Below are positions 44,507-54,185 of a stretch of 58,222 nucleotides of DNA, in pieces. The DNA lies in IMG/VR virus record IMGVR_UViG_3300045978_000161, positions 1 through 58,222 of that record; one strand, written 5' to 3'. The notes under the pieces were generated by a model, which was not told the origin of the DNA, ran no database searches, and saw only the letters and a list, made by a program, of their open reading frames with translations. A program made the position numbers and the translations under genes. Within the stretch, counting starts at the first letter, position 1; each line of letters starts with the position of its first letter. Source of the stretch: a virus. Taxonomy: Duplodnaviria > Caudoviricetes.

Positions 44507-45535
44507 TCAGACGTTGAGCTTGCCGCGCAAGAGCATCTGCGGCCGCGTCGCGACGTACAGCGGATAGCTGTACAGCTCCACCTCGACGAAGGCGTTGCGC
44601 TTCTCGTCGGGGATGGTCATCGCGTAGAAGTCCTGCCCCGGGGTGTTCACCACGTCGAACCACTCGCCGGGCGACTGGACCCGCAGGAACGCTTCCGGCG
44701 CGTTGACCGGGAAGAACTTCACGCGATCCGACTGCACGGCCACCGTGCTGTTGTCGTCGGTGCCGCGGTAGTTCATCCAGCGGATGCCGCCGAAGTCGAC
44801 CGTGCTCCACGGCGTCACGAGCTGCGCGGCGAGCGCATCGGCGCGCGCCTGCTGCGCGAGCCAGATCTCCCGCACTTCCGGGTTCTTGATCAGCGCGTCG
44901 TAGAACGTGTCGCCGGCGAGCGCTGCCACGAAGGTGGAAGGACCCCAGGCACCCTTCGATGCGCGCTGCATCTGCCGGATGATCTGGTTGCACTTCTCAC
45001 GGAACAGACCGCCAGTGAGGGCCGCGAACGCGAAGCCGATCTCCGCCGGCTGGCTGATGCCCCACTCGTCGAACCAGTTGTAGAGCACGGTGCCGTCGGC
45101 GTCGGTGACGATGCCCTGGACGGCGCCGAGTCGCATGTGCTCGTGCGTCAGCTCCAGGTCGTTGCGCAGCCTGACCGCGCGCTCCAGCACTTCGGTCTGC
45201 ACCTGCTCGAACTCGCTTTCGGTGCCGAAGGCGCGGATGCCCGCGATCTCCGACGCATTCAGCGTGTCGCCTTTCGCCAGGCGTGCGGTGCGGAAGTCCC
45301 GCAGATCCCGGGTGCCCTTCACCTGCTGCGGCAGCGGGGCGCCGCGCGGCGTGGTCTGCACCAGCGAGAGCACGTTCTCCTTGCGCTCGATGCTCACCTT
45401 CTCCGTGCGCACCGAGCGCGGCGTGAAGATGCCGAGAGTGCCGAGAAGATTCGGCTGGTACTCGACCACTTGCAGCGCTGCGGTCAACTCCTGCAGCGTG
45501 AAGGCGTTGTCGGAAAAGATGTCCATGCCAGCCAT
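44507..45535 (-). CDS. Major capsid protein (lambda gpE family)
   Basis: DIFSDNAFTLQELTAA; THEHMRLGAVQG; SYPLYVATRP. Confidence 0.95.
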   Translation of the reverse strand: MAGMDIFSDNAFTLQELTAALQVVEYQPNLLGTLGIFTPRSVRTEKVSIERKENVLSLVQTTPRGAPLPQQVKGTRDLRDFRTARLAKGDTLNASEIAGIRAFGTESEFEQVQTEVLERAVRLRNDLELTHEHMRLGAVQGIVTDADGTVLYNWFDEWGISQPAEIGFAFAALTGGLFREKCNQIIRQMQRASKGAWGPSTFVAALAGDTFYDALIKNPEVREIWLAQQARADALAAQLVTPWSTVDFGGIRWMNYRGTDDNSTVAVQSDRVKFFPVNAPEAFLRVQSPGEWFDVVNTPGQDFYAMTIPDEKRNAFVEVELYSYPLYVATRPQMLLRGKLNV

Positions 45536-45577
45536 TGTCTTTCTCCCGATGGGTTTAGGGCTGTGAGTGAGCGAAAG

Positions 45578-45946
45578 TTACGGGTACACGTTGCCGCGGA
45601 CGATGATGCCCAGGGCCTTCAGATCCGCCACCGCCGCGTCGCGATCGCCGCTGTCCTCGCTGTCGGCGAACACCAGCTCGCCGCCGTTGACTTCGCAATC
45701 ACGCACGAGTGCCGTCGCCCGCACCGCACCGTCGCTCGCGTCCACGTTGTCGAGGAGGATCGCCGCGGCCGCATTGAAGCTCGCGTCGTTGTTGTACTCC
45801 TCGTACACGCCGGCGAGCACCGCGAGCACTGCGCCCGCCTGCAACACCTGGCCCGCGGCGATCGTGATGATCTCGCGGGAGCGATGGCCGTTGGCCTCCG
45901 AAACGATGAAGCCACCGCTGTGGGGGCCTTCGGTTTTGACCGTCAT
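45578..45946 (-). CDS. Head decoration protein (gpD family)
   Basis: FIVSEANGHRSRE; GQVLQAGAVL; LKALGIIVR. Confidence 0.92.
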   Translation of the reverse strand: MTVKTEGPHSGGFIVSEANGHRSREIITIAAGQVLQAGAVLAVLAGVYEEYNNDASFNAAAAILLDNVDASDGAVRATALVRDCEVNGGELVFADSEDSGDRDAAVADLKALGIIVRGNVYP

Positions 45947-46009
45947 GTGTGCGATCTCCTCGTGACTGGTTGAAGTGCAGGTTCTCGAATCGGCCTTCGC
46001 GCGAGCGCG

Positions 46010-46534
46010 TCAGGCTTTCTTCTTGAACTTGTCGGTGATGCTACCCCACTTGCCCTTCGACTCCGTGGTGGGCTGTCCGGTGCCGCCGTGCGCGACCGGC
46101 GCCGGCGCACCGTTGCGCAAGCTGGTCACGGTGACGCCGCGTTCCTTGGCGAGCTTGACCACGTTGGCCGCGCAGTCGGCGAAAGAGGTGCCCTTGTCGA
46201 TCGCTTCGGCGATCTCCTTGTCGAAGCCCTTGGCCGTGGCGGCCAGGCCATTGAGCTGCGCCACGCGCTCGCGTTCGGCCTTGCTGGCTTCCTCGCGCGT
46301 CTTGCCGCTGGACTCTTTCACCGCGGCGTCGATGCGCGCCTGGATCTTCGGCTCCTGCTCCTTGTCGTGCGCGGCGATCGCCTCGGCCTTGATCTTGTCC
46401 ACGTCGACTGTCTCGAGCGTGATCTCGTCGGCGGTGTGGCCGGCTTCGATCGCGGCGCGCAGCTCCGCGGTGGTGCGCACGGTGATCGGGCCGCGGTTGC
46501 CTTCGGTCGTCTTGCGGGTGGCCTGGGTGCTCAT
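46010..46534 (-). CDS. Nested scaffolding protein (Nu3-like)
   Basis: In-frame ATG 46534 preceded by GAGGAG at 7 nt spacing. Confidence 0.65.
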   Translation of the reverse strand: MSTQATRKTTEGNRGPITVRTTAELRAAIEAGHTADEITLETVDVDKIKAEAIAAHDKEQEPKIQARIDAAVKESSGKTREEASKAERERVAQLNGLAATAKGFDKEIAEAIDKGTSFADCAANVVKLAKERGVTVTSLRNGAPAPVAHGGTGQPTTESKGKWGSITDKFKKKA

Positions 46535-47365
46535 CGTGAAACTCCTCGATGGTGTGTTGCGGGCGGTCAACTCGTCGATCACGGACTCAAGTGACCCGAT
46601 CCGATCGGCCAGGCCAGCGTCGACCGCTGACTGTCCGACCATCAGACCACCGCGGCCGAAGTTCTGGAGGACATCCTCCTCATCCGTTCCGCGATTGCGG
46701 GCGACCGCGCTGACGAAAACTGCGGCGAGATCATCTACGATTTTTTGCAACTTTGCTTTGCCCGCATCCTCGGACGGATCCATCCGCTTATCGGGCGACT
46801 GGCTGCTGACGATCTCGATTGTGCGCACTCCCGCCTTCTCGTCGCGGCCGCGGGAGTCCTGGATGGTCATCACGGCGCCGATCGAGCCGAGCACGGCGGT
46901 GCGGTCGGCGACGATCTCCAGGCCGCTGGAGCCGATCCAGTACGCGGCGGAAGCCATCTGGCCGGCCGCGTAGCTGATGATGGGTTTGTCCTTCTTGGCC
47001 GCGAACACGATGTCTGCGAGCTCGTTGATGCCCGCCACCTGTCCGCCGGGGGAGTCGATCTCCAGCACGATCGCGCGCACCAGTGGATCGTCGATCGCGG
47101 TGCGGATGTCGGTCGCGAGCACCTGGGTGCTGGTGGCGCCGGAGATCTCGGAGAACAGGTTGGCGTAACGCATGATCGGGCCGCGCACCGGCACGATCGC
47201 AACGCCGTTGCGAATCTGCGCGCGGCGCGCGCCGGCGAGCCGGTTGCCCTCGCGCGAGAGCAGCGCGTCGACGTCCGTGGTGCGCTCCGCGATCGCGATG
47301 ATCGTGCGCATCATGCCTTCGGTGATCAGCCACGGCTCCGACATCACAACGTCAATGGCGCGCAT
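46010..47365 (-). CDS. S49 prohead protease with scaffold C-terminus
   Basis: IDSPGG; MASAAYWIGS; GSIG; GLADRIG. Confidence 0.95.
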   Translation of the reverse strand: MRAIDVVMSEPWLITEGMMRTIIAIAERTTDVDALLSREGNRLAGARRAQIRNGVAIVPVRGPIMRYANLFSEISGATSTQVLATDIRTAIDDPLVRAIVLEIDSPGGQVAGINELADIVFAAKKDKPIISYAAGQMASAAYWIGSSGLEIVADRTAVLGSIGAVMTIQDSRGRDEKAGVRTIEIVSSQSPDKRMDPSEDAGKAKLQKIVDDLAAVFVSAVARNRGTDEEDVLQNFGRGGLMVGQSAVDAGLADRIGSLESVIDELTARNTPSRSFTMSTQATRKTTEGNRGPITVRTTAELRAAIEAGHTADEITLETVDVDKIKAEAIAAHDKEQEPKIQARIDAAVKESSGKTREEASKAERERVAQLNGLAATAKGFDKEIAEAIDKGTSFADCAANVVKLAKERGVTVTSLRNGAPAPVAHGGTGQPTTESKGKWGSITDKFKKKA

Positions 47366-49095
47366 CACTGTCCCCCTTCCGGCGCTGCCTCCGGCTCCGG
47401 CACCTGCTGGCGCCGCGCCGGCGGCGCGTTCGGGTTCTCCGGATCCTGGCCCGGGGGATTCTGCCCCGGCCGCGCCGGATTGTCCGCGGAGCCCGGCGCC
47501 TGGCCTTGCGCCGGACGCAGCTCCATGTCGTTTGCCTTTCGCCATTTCTGCTCCCTCAGCCGCTGGCGGGCGACGGTCGACCAGTTCTCGCCCATGATCT
47601 GCGCGGTCTCGATCGTCTCGTTGCTGAAGCCGGCGTCGATGCGATCGCGCGCGGCCTGCACCTCATCCTTCTCCTGCATCGCACCGCGCGCGGGACCGAT
47701 CCAGATCGCCTTCTGATACGCGGCGCGACGCTTCGGATCCGCGTAGTCGGTGACCGTCACCTTGCCGCGGGCCACTGCCTCGTCGAACCACAGCGCGTAA
47801 TGCGGCTGGCAGAACTGCTGCACGAGCCACCACCGGCGCATGGAATAGAAGCGCCAGGCCTGCAGCATCGCGGCGCGCGCGGCGCTGTAGCTTGCCTGGT
47901 AGTTGAGGAGCAGCTCGTCGAGCGGTATCTCCAGTGCGGCGCCGATCTGCCGGCACACGGCCATGAAGAACGGGTCGTAGTTGCTGTTGGGCCGCGCGGG
48001 GTTTGCGAACTGCGCCTCCTCACCAGGTCCCAGATCCATGACGACGCCATTGCCGAGCGCCAGGCCCGACGCCTCACCCTTCGCCGTCATGCCAGGCACC
48101 GCGGGAATCGGGTTGCCCTTGTCGTCGAACTGGTTGCTCTCCCGCTTGATGAACACGGTGAACATCGCGGAGATGACCGCGGCGATCAGCTCCGCGCGCG
48201 AGTACTGCTCGAGCGTCTGCAGCGGCTCCAGGATCGGTGCGAGGTACGGCATCCCGCGCGTGGTGCCGATGCGATCCTTTTCATTCCACACCTGCAGGAT
48301 GCGGCGCCGCCCCTCCTCGTCGAAGATCTCGCGCCGGTCCCACACCATCGCGTCGACGCTCGCGAACTTGTCATCCGGGTGCCGCCGGCGGATGTGGATC
48401 GCGATCGGCCGCCCGTTGTCGGAGATCTCCACGCCGTCGAGAAGGTTGCGCGTGTCGGCCTGGCCGTTCTGATTGGTGACGCGCGCGGGGTCGATCAGCT
48501 GCACCTTGAGTTCGTACTGCGAGCCTTCGGCCGGCACCATCGGTGTCAGCGCGAAGCAGTCACCACCCAGGAGTGCGGTGATCAGCGCGAGCGACTGGAG
48601 CCCCGCGCCGTCGAGTGTCGCCTCGATGTCGACCTCCACCGGGTTGTCGTAGTAGCAAGCCCACTCCGACAGGATCTCGTTGTTCAGCTCCTCCGCCTGC
48701 TCCTCGCTGATGCCGAGCGCATCGGCGTCGACGTCGGGGTGCATGGTGAGGCCGGTGCCCACCACGTTCGTGCGCACGCGCGTCGCGGCCGCGCGCGCGA
48801 CCAGGTGGTTGCGGTACGCATCGAAGGATCGCGCCGCGGTGGTCTCGCGTTCCTTGCGCGAGTTGTCGCTGCGGCCGGATCCGAGCACCGGGCGCCAGCC
48901 GGTCATTGACCGCAGGAAATTGCTCGCGCCGCGCCACCGGGTTTCCGATCGCTGGCGCTCCACCGAGCTGCCGCTGTTCGCTTCCAGCTCCTTCAGGTGG
49001 TTGTACTGAATGCGGTGCAGGACGTTCTGCACGGCGCGCGCGGGGTTGATGGCGAACGCGATCCGCTCGCGCAGGCTCATGTCTGGAGCTTTCAT
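47365..49095 (-). CDS. Portal protein (lambda family)
   Basis: RSFDAYRN; TNVVGTGL; RIGTTRGMP; ASYSAARAA. Confidence 0.95.
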   Translation of the reverse strand: MKAPDMSLRERIAFAINPARAVQNVLHRIQYNHLKELEANSGSSVERQRSETRWRGASNFLRSMTGWRPVLGSGRSDNSRKERETTAARSFDAYRNHLVARAAATRVRTNVVGTGLTMHPDVDADALGISEEQAEELNNEILSEWACYYDNPVEVDIEATLDGAGLQSLALITALLGGDCFALTPMVPAEGSQYELKVQLIDPARVTNQNGQADTRNLLDGVEISDNGRPIAIHIRRRHPDDKFASVDAMVWDRREIFDEEGRRRILQVWNEKDRIGTTRGMPYLAPILEPLQTLEQYSRAELIAAVISAMFTVFIKRESNQFDDKGNPIPAVPGMTAKGEASGLALGNGVVMDLGPGEEAQFANPARPNSNYDPFFMAVCRQIGAALEIPLDELLLNYQASYSAARAAMLQAWRFYSMRRWWLVQQFCQPHYALWFDEAVARGKVTVTDYADPKRRAAYQKAIWIGPARGAMQEKDEVQAARDRIDAGFSNETIETAQIMGENWSTVARQRLREQKWRKANDMELRPAQGQAPGSADNPARPGQNPPGQDPENPNAPPARRQQVPEPEAAPEGGQ

Positions 49096-49316
49096 CAGGA
49101 CACCGGCGTCACGTAGATGAGACGGTTGCGGCCCTTCTGGCTATCGGGCAGCCCCTCCTGCGCAGCCTTGGCCGCGTAGCTCTCCTCCAGTTTCATGAGT
49201 GTCTCCAGGCTCGCCATCGTGATGGCGCGGCCGTTGTACTGCACCTGCTGGCCGCCGGCGACCAGCTCGTCGATCGCGGTGCGCACTGCTTCGAGTCGCT
49301 GCGTGTAGGTTGCCAT
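49095..49316 (-). CDS. Head completion protein (gpW-like)
   Basis: 73 aa between TerL and portal. Confidence 0.8.
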   Translation of the reverse strand: MATYTQRLEAVRTAIDELVAGGQQVQYNGRAITMASLETLMKLEESYAAKAAQEGLPDSQKGRNRLIYVTPVS

Positions 49317-51295
49317 CAGATTTGCACTCCCGGATTTCGGATGCCACGGGCCGGCGCCGCCGGCGGCGGCTTGCCGTCATCGTGTTTAAGATACCGGACG
49401 TTTTCGATGTGGGCTAAGAGCACCTGCAAGGCTTCGGCGTCCAGCCAGTCATTCACGCCCGTTTTGACCCAGTGCACCTTGCCGGACGGCAGGCGCATAC
49501 GCTGCTCGCCGACGAGCTGCCGGCAGTAGTCATCGTCGATCCCCTTGAACAAGTGCCAGGAGCCCGGCTGATCCTGCGGCCATCGCAGCCGATCGTGCAC
49601 CCAACCCTTGAAGAAACCGTGATCGAAGATCCAGCGCTTCAGGCCCCGCTTGATCTTCTTGCCGGAGCGCAATACCTCCACTTCGCTCGCGCTGTAGAGC
49701 TTGTTCGGCGCGTCGCGGCCCTTGGTGGCGTAGGCCGTCGACAGTCGCTTCTCGCAAAAGCTGTACACCTGTTCGGTGCGATAACCGGAGTCGACCGCGA
49801 TCGCGTCATAGGCGTGTTCCTGGAAGCCCTTGTCGGCGAATGCATCCAGGCGGTTCCACACCTCCTGCTCATCGGTCTTGCCCCACAGCTCCTCACGGTG
49901 CAGGAGCCATGATTCCAGCTCCACGCCCCACCCGCGCACGATGACGACCAGGTGATCTTGCTGCACGTCGACCGTCATGAAGATCTTGCGCACACCCTTC
50001 GGCACGATGCCCATGTCGTAGGTGGAATCGGCCGAGAGCTTCTTGATCTCTTCCCACGGTGGCGCCTCGCCGCGCAGTCGGAACAGCTCGCCGAAGCGCA
50101 GGTTGATCACACCGCGGATGGTGGCCTCGTCGTGCGATCGCGCGGCCGTCAGCCAGGCGTATGCCGATTGCCCCCAGGAGACCCACGGCGACAGGAGACC
50201 GCTGATCCAGATCGTGTACCACTCGCTGTCGGGCGGATCTCCCATCACCTTGCCGTCGACGACGTACTGGCCTGGCGCGATGGGGAGCCCGGCCGCGATC
50301 ATCGCATCCTTGTCGCGCTCCTCGATCAAGGTGCCGCAACGCCAGTGCAGTAGTTTGGCCTTGCGCTTCGCCTTCGCCGGCGAGTCGCCCTCCTGCCAGC
50401 CGGTCAGATACTGCAGCCGCGGCGCGAAGTACTCGCCGCAGTGCGGACACGGCACCATGAATTCGTGGCGCGTGCCGTTCTGCCAGATCTTCCACATCTT
50501 GCTGCCGATGTCCTGGGGATCCGAGACGCCCCAGTGCTCGAGGCCGGTGACCTCGTGCTTGACCGTCTCCACGGATCCTTCCGTCGGCGAGCTGGTGGCG
50601 ATCAGGATGCCGCCCGACTGCCGGTAGTTCGACAGGCGTGCTTCGCCCTGGGTCACCACGTCGCCGTGCCCGGGGATGTCCTCGCACTTGTCCACCTCGT
50701 CGACGACGACGGTGTGCGCGGGCATGGACGCGATCTCGGTCGCGGATCCTGCCCAGGCAAACCGCATGATCGTGCCGGCGATCCGCTTCAGCAGTTTCTT
50801 CTGTCGCTGCTTCGACTCCTTGCTGGCGAGCGACGCGCTGTTCTTCACCATCTGATCGAACTGCGGCTCGATCACGTTCTCCACGTTGCTCTTGGTCGGG
50901 CCGATCCACAGACACGGCGCCGGATCGTTGTCGAGCTTCTCGCCCTGGATGTTCATCAGGCTCGCGGTCTTGCCCATCTGCGTGCCACAGACGATGCCGA
51001 TGCCAATCCACTTCATTGCCACCGCCTCGTCGGTCGGTGGAATCATGTACGGGGTGCGGTGCGGTCGGTACTTACCCGGCTCCGGAGAGTCCGGCGGCAT
51101 CATCCGGTTCTGCGCTGCCCACTTCGTCGGCGTGGTGCGGATCGAAGGTCGTAGCGCTCGCGCCAGGCTGCGGCATCGCGCCGAGAGAGTCTGCGCACTT
51201 TTCCAGATAATCAGCGAGAAGATTGTCGACTCCGCGAAGTTCCGACTGTAGGCGCTGGTAGATTTTTGGGGGGTCGGTGATGCCGGCGAGTTCAC
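49316..51295 (-). CDS. Terminase large subunit (lambda gpA family)
   Basis: TQMGKT; VVDEVD; SSPT; VPCPHCGE; TVDVQ; VDSGY; GTG start with GGGAG SD, overlaps TerS by 224 nt. Confidence 0.95.
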   Translation of the reverse strand: MNSPASPTPQKSTSAYSRNFAESTIFSLIIWKSAQTLSARCRSLARALRPSIRTTPTKWAAQNRMMPPDSPEPGKYRPHRTPYMIPPTDEAVAMKWIGIGIVCGTQMGKTASLMNIQGEKLDNDPAPCLWIGPTKSNVENVIEPQFDQMVKNSASLASKESKQRQKKLLKRIAGTIMRFAWAGSATEIASMPAHTVVVDEVDKCEDIPGHGDVVTQGEARLSNYRQSGGILIATSSPTEGSVETVKHEVTGLEHWGVSDPQDIGSKMWKIWQNGTRHEFMVPCPHCGEYFAPRLQYLTGWQEGDSPAKAKRKAKLLHWRCGTLIEERDKDAMIAAGLPIAPGQYVVDGKVMGDPPDSEWYTIWISGLLSPWVSWGQSAYAWLTAARSHDEATIRGVINLRFGELFRLRGEAPPWEEIKKLSADSTYDMGIVPKGVRKIFMTVDVQQDHLVVIVRGWGVELESWLLHREELWGKTDEQEVWNRLDAFADKGFQEHAYDAIAVDSGYRTEQVYSFCEKRLSTAYATKGRDAPNKLYSASEVEVLRSGKKIKRGLKRWIFDHGFFKGWVHDRLRWPQDQPGSWHLFKGIDDDYCRQLVGEQRMRLPSGKVHWVKTGVNDWLDAEALQVLLAHIENVRYLKHDDGKPPPAAPARGIRNPGVQI

Positions 51296-51692
51296 TAGCT
51301 AGTCTCCCAGGGATGCCTTCGTGGGCCGTGCGCACCTGCACGACCAGGCCGTGCATGAGATCGTCGACCTGCGGCCAGGCCGCAAGCTCGCCCATGCGAC
51401 GGAAGTTTTCCATTTCCACTTTCGTGGCCTGCGCGCGCGCGAGGCGCGATGTCTCGTTGCCGCGCGTGTTCTCGCGCGCGTGTTGCTTCAGATAGCGGAT
51501 GTACCCGCGCACCGAGTCGCGCAGGTTGTATTGGCCGCGAACTGGTCGGGCTATCCACCCTTCATTCGCGAGCTGCTGCAGGCGCCGATCGGTGATCTCC
51601 AGGAGGCCCGCGATCACGCGCGCAGGAAACGACGGCCCGGCACCGGATTGAGGTGCGTCTGTGCGGGAAGTCTCGTTTTCGTCAGGTTCCAT
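51072..51692 (-). CDS. Terminase small subunit (Nu1-like)
   Basis: IAGLLEITDRRLQQLANEG...YNLRDSVRGYIRYL. Confidence 0.9.
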   Translation of the reverse strand: MEPDENETSRTDAPQSGAGPSFPARVIAGLLEITDRRLQQLANEGWIARPVRGQYNLRDSVRGYIRYLKQHARENTRGNETSRLARAQATKVEMENFRRMGELAAWPQVDDLMHGLVVQVRTAHEGIPGRLASELAGITDPPKIYQRLQSELRGVDNLLADYLEKCADSLGAMPQPGASATTFDPHHADEVGSAEPDDAAGLSGAG

Positions 51693-51764
51693 GCCCGAAA
51701 CTCGCCTTTTTTATGGGACCGATCAGACACTTACAGGACGCGATGGTGATGGCTTCGCCATGTT

Positions 51765-51828
51765 TCCTGGGGGACAATTCTCTTACCGGCCAATTCCGGC
51801 CGGCAATGACAGTCCCCCAGGAGGGCAT
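51765..51828 (+). promoter_or_regulatory. Structured leader of the second accessory cassette
   Basis: 11-bp inverted repeat TCCTGGGGGAC/GTCCCCCAGGA enclosing CCGGCC-N6-GGCCGG; overlaps the SD. Confidence 0.65.
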
Positions 51829-53034
51829 ATGTCTCAGAAGAAACCCGCTGGCCTCAAGGCCGGCAAGATGAAAGCGAAAACCGCGAGCCTCACCAGCGGC
51901 CGCGTCCCTGCGACCCGCAACGCGAACGGCTCGATCAAGACGCCGGCGGAACGCGAAGCCGCCAGCGCTGCCAGGATGGCGAAGAATCTCGCGGCGAAGG
52001 TGCCGGCCGGCGACAAGCCGGGCAACGGCCACAAGCCGGCGACGATGCAGCAGGCGGCCAGCACCTCGCCGACCATCCCGGAAAAATCCGTGGTGGCGAC
52101 GATCGCGCCGGCGCCGGCGGCCACTCCTCCGAAGGCCGAAGCCGAAGCACTGGGCCCCGCGACCCATGTGGATCTGCCGGTCAAGTTCCTGTCGGCTGCG
52201 CTCGCGATCGCGCCCAAGGGTGACGTGCGGCACTACCTGAACGGCGTGCTGGTCCAGCAGATCGACGACAAGCAGCTGCGCCTGGTGGCGACCGACGGCC
52301 ACCGGCTGTTCGTCGCGCACCTCGATCCGGGCTGCGTGCTCGATTGGGCGCAGGGTGGCGGCATCATCATCCCGCGCGAGGAGCTGGAGCGCGTCGTGAA
52401 GTACATCGGCAAGGCGGCCGAGCTGCGCGTGCAGTTCGGACTGCGCCACCCGTCGATGAAGCTGCTGGAGATCGCCGGCATCGGCGAATTCACGGTGAAG
52501 CCGACTGACGGCCCGTATCCCGACTACCAGCGTGTGGTCGACGAGGCGGGCGCATCGTTGGGCGGCGAGCGCGAGCAGCTGGCTGTGTCGCAGATCGACA
52601 GCAAGTACCTCAAGTCCGCCGGCGTCGTGGCTGCGACGCTGGAGAGCAAGGGCATCATCCCGTTCCTGTCGGCGCCTGGATCCCGGGCTCCGAGCGTGTT
52701 CGCCTTCTCCGAAGTGCCGAACGCGCTGCTCTACATCATGGGCCAGGAGGGCCGTGCCGAAGCGCTGCCGGCCGCCACGATCAAACTGTTCGGCGTCGAC
52801 GCGATGCGCACTGCGCTCGCGAAGATCGAGGAGCAGATCGAGGTGTCCGAGCGCAATGCCAAGACCACCAAGCACGAACACTTCCGAGTGGCGAGCTTGC
52901 AGAAGGTGGAGCGTCTCAAGCTGCGTGCCGAGCAGCTGCGCACCAACCTCGCGCCGAAGTTGCCTGCACCCCAGACGGGTGAGTCCAAGCCCGCGACACC
53001 CGATGCCTCCGCGTCGGGTGCTGCGGTTCACTGA
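51829..53034 (+). CDS. Partial DNA polymerase III beta-clamp-like protein with disordered N-terminus
   Basis: DVRHYLNGV; LVATDGHRL; DGPYPDYQRVV. Confidence 0.8.
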   Translation: MSQKKPAGLKAGKMKAKTASLTSGRVPATRNANGSIKTPAEREAASAARMAKNLAAKVPAGDKPGNGHKPATMQQAASTSPTIPEKSVVATIAPAPAATPPKAEAEALGPATHVDLPVKFLSAALAIAPKGDVRHYLNGVLVQQIDDKQLRLVATDGHRLFVAHLDPGCVLDWAQGGGIIIPREELERVVKYIGKAAELRVQFGLRHPSMKLLEIAGIGEFTVKPTDGPYPDYQRVVDEAGASLGGEREQLAVSQIDSKYLKSAGVVAATLESKGIIPFLSAPGSRAPSVFAFSEVPNALLYIMGQEGRAEALPAATIKLFGVDAMRTALAKIEEQIEVSERNAKTTKHEHFRVASLQKVERLKLRAEQLRTNLAPKLPAPQTGESKPATPDASASGAAVH

Positions 53035-53041
53035 GGCAGCA

Positions 53042-53079
53042 CGGGGGGCCGGGCGTGTGCCCGGCTCCTCGTTTCTTTT
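53042..53079 (+). terminator. Rho-independent terminator
   Basis: GC stem around a GTGT loop followed by TTTCTTTT. Confidence 0.8.
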
Positions 53080-53164
53080 CGTCCAACTACCCGATGGATG
53101 CCCGATGAACCCCCCACTGCATGACAATCTAACTCTCGATTTTCCAGACCCGCAGGGAGAAACC

Positions 53165-53752
53165 ATGTCCAGGATCCCGCCCACAATCCACGGTCTCAAC
53201 GCGCTGTACTGCATCAGCGCGCTGCAGAAGTTCATTCGCCGCGGCATGGAACGCGAGGCGATGGAGGTGGCTGTCGAGCTGCACCTCACCTCGAAGAACT
53301 TCGCCAGCATGGTGTTCAACCGGCTGGAGGTGATCTGCCACGAAGATATCGACACCCTCACGCAGCCGTGGCTGGTGCCATTCGTCGCGACGGCGATGGA
53401 GCAGTGTCGCAAGTGGTACGACCCCGACAAGTTAGGCCGGTCACGGATGCCGATGGGTAACGCCATTCGGCTCATGTGCCGTGCCCAGAAGTCCCGCGAG
53501 GGCGACCACTTCCAGGCCGCGATCGGCTGGCGAGCGGTGCTGACGCACTACAAGCCGGAGCTGCCCGACTGGATCCACGACCAGCACACCACCATCGGCC
53601 GCAAGGCCGGGCGCGGTGTCGAGTACTTCCGTTCGATCTCAACCCAACTGATCCCGACTCCTCCGGCGAAAGACCGCTACGAGGATGAGGCTTACGAAAT
53701 GTGGACGCTGAAAGCCGAGCGCGAGCGCGTCCAGGGAGGCAACGATGAGTGA
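53165..53752 (+). CDS. RarA/MgsA C-terminal-like protein lacking the AAA+ core
   Basis: ISALQKFIRRG; RLEVICHEDI; AQKSRE; DQHTTIGR. Confidence 0.75.
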   Translation: MSRIPPTIHGLNALYCISALQKFIRRGMEREAMEVAVELHLTSKNFASMVFNRLEVICHEDIDTLTQPWLVPFVATAMEQCRKWYDPDKLGRSRMPMGNAIRLMCRAQKSREGDHFQAAIGWRAVLTHYKPELPDWIHDQHTTIGRKAGRGVEYFRSISTQLIPTPPAKDRYEDEAYEMWTLKAERERVQGGNDE

Positions 53753-54185
53753 GCAACAAACGATGAGCTGCGTGCCGATCACGCCGACGCTGGTGCCGCT
53801 GGATCAAAGGATCCAGACCTTGCCCAAGCACTTCGGCGCCGGCCGGCTGATGCAGGTGTTCGAGAACCGCGTGTACGACACGATGGATGCCCAGGCCGCT
53901 GGCTACAAAGGTGGCTTCTGGGAGTTCATCGAACTGTCGAACGGCGGCTTTTACATGCGCCCGCCGGCGGGACCGCTCGCCGGCAAGTGGATGCTCGATT
54001 GCGAGAGCAACGGCTACCAGGGCGAGCTGTCGGCCGATGCGATCGGCATCGTCATGTGCCTGCACGCCTATTCGCACCTGTCCTTCGAGTTCCCGACGCA
54101 GGTGCTGGCCGAGAAGTTCCACGCGCTGCGCGAGTACGCGATGGATCACCCCGAAGCTAACGAGATCATTCAGGCGATCGACTGA
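53745..54185 (+). CDS. Antirestriction protein, ArdB/KlcA family
   Basis: YKGGFWEF.ELSNGGFYM.P; NGYQGELSADAIGI; LREYA..HPEA..I..AID. Confidence 0.92.
   Translation: MSEQQTMSCVPITPTLVPLDQRIQTLPKHFGAGRLMQVFENRVYDTMDAQAAGYKGGFWEFIELSNGGFYMRPPAGPLAGKWMLDCESNGYQGELSADAIGIVMCLHAYSHLSFEFPTQVLAEKFHALREYAMDHPEANEIIQAID

Noticed and set aside
28727-51251. Many long plus-strand ORFs opposite structural genes (e.g. 31714-33207, 35460-37139, 44462-45973, 47506-48909)
   Set aside because: Antisense shadow frames typical of high-GC coding DNA; no motifs or SDs.
51262-51275. CCC CCA AAA A run as a TerS-TerL frameshift site
   Set aside because: TerL is in the +1 frame rather than -1, and it has its own GTG with a GGGAG SD upstream, so no frameshift is needed.
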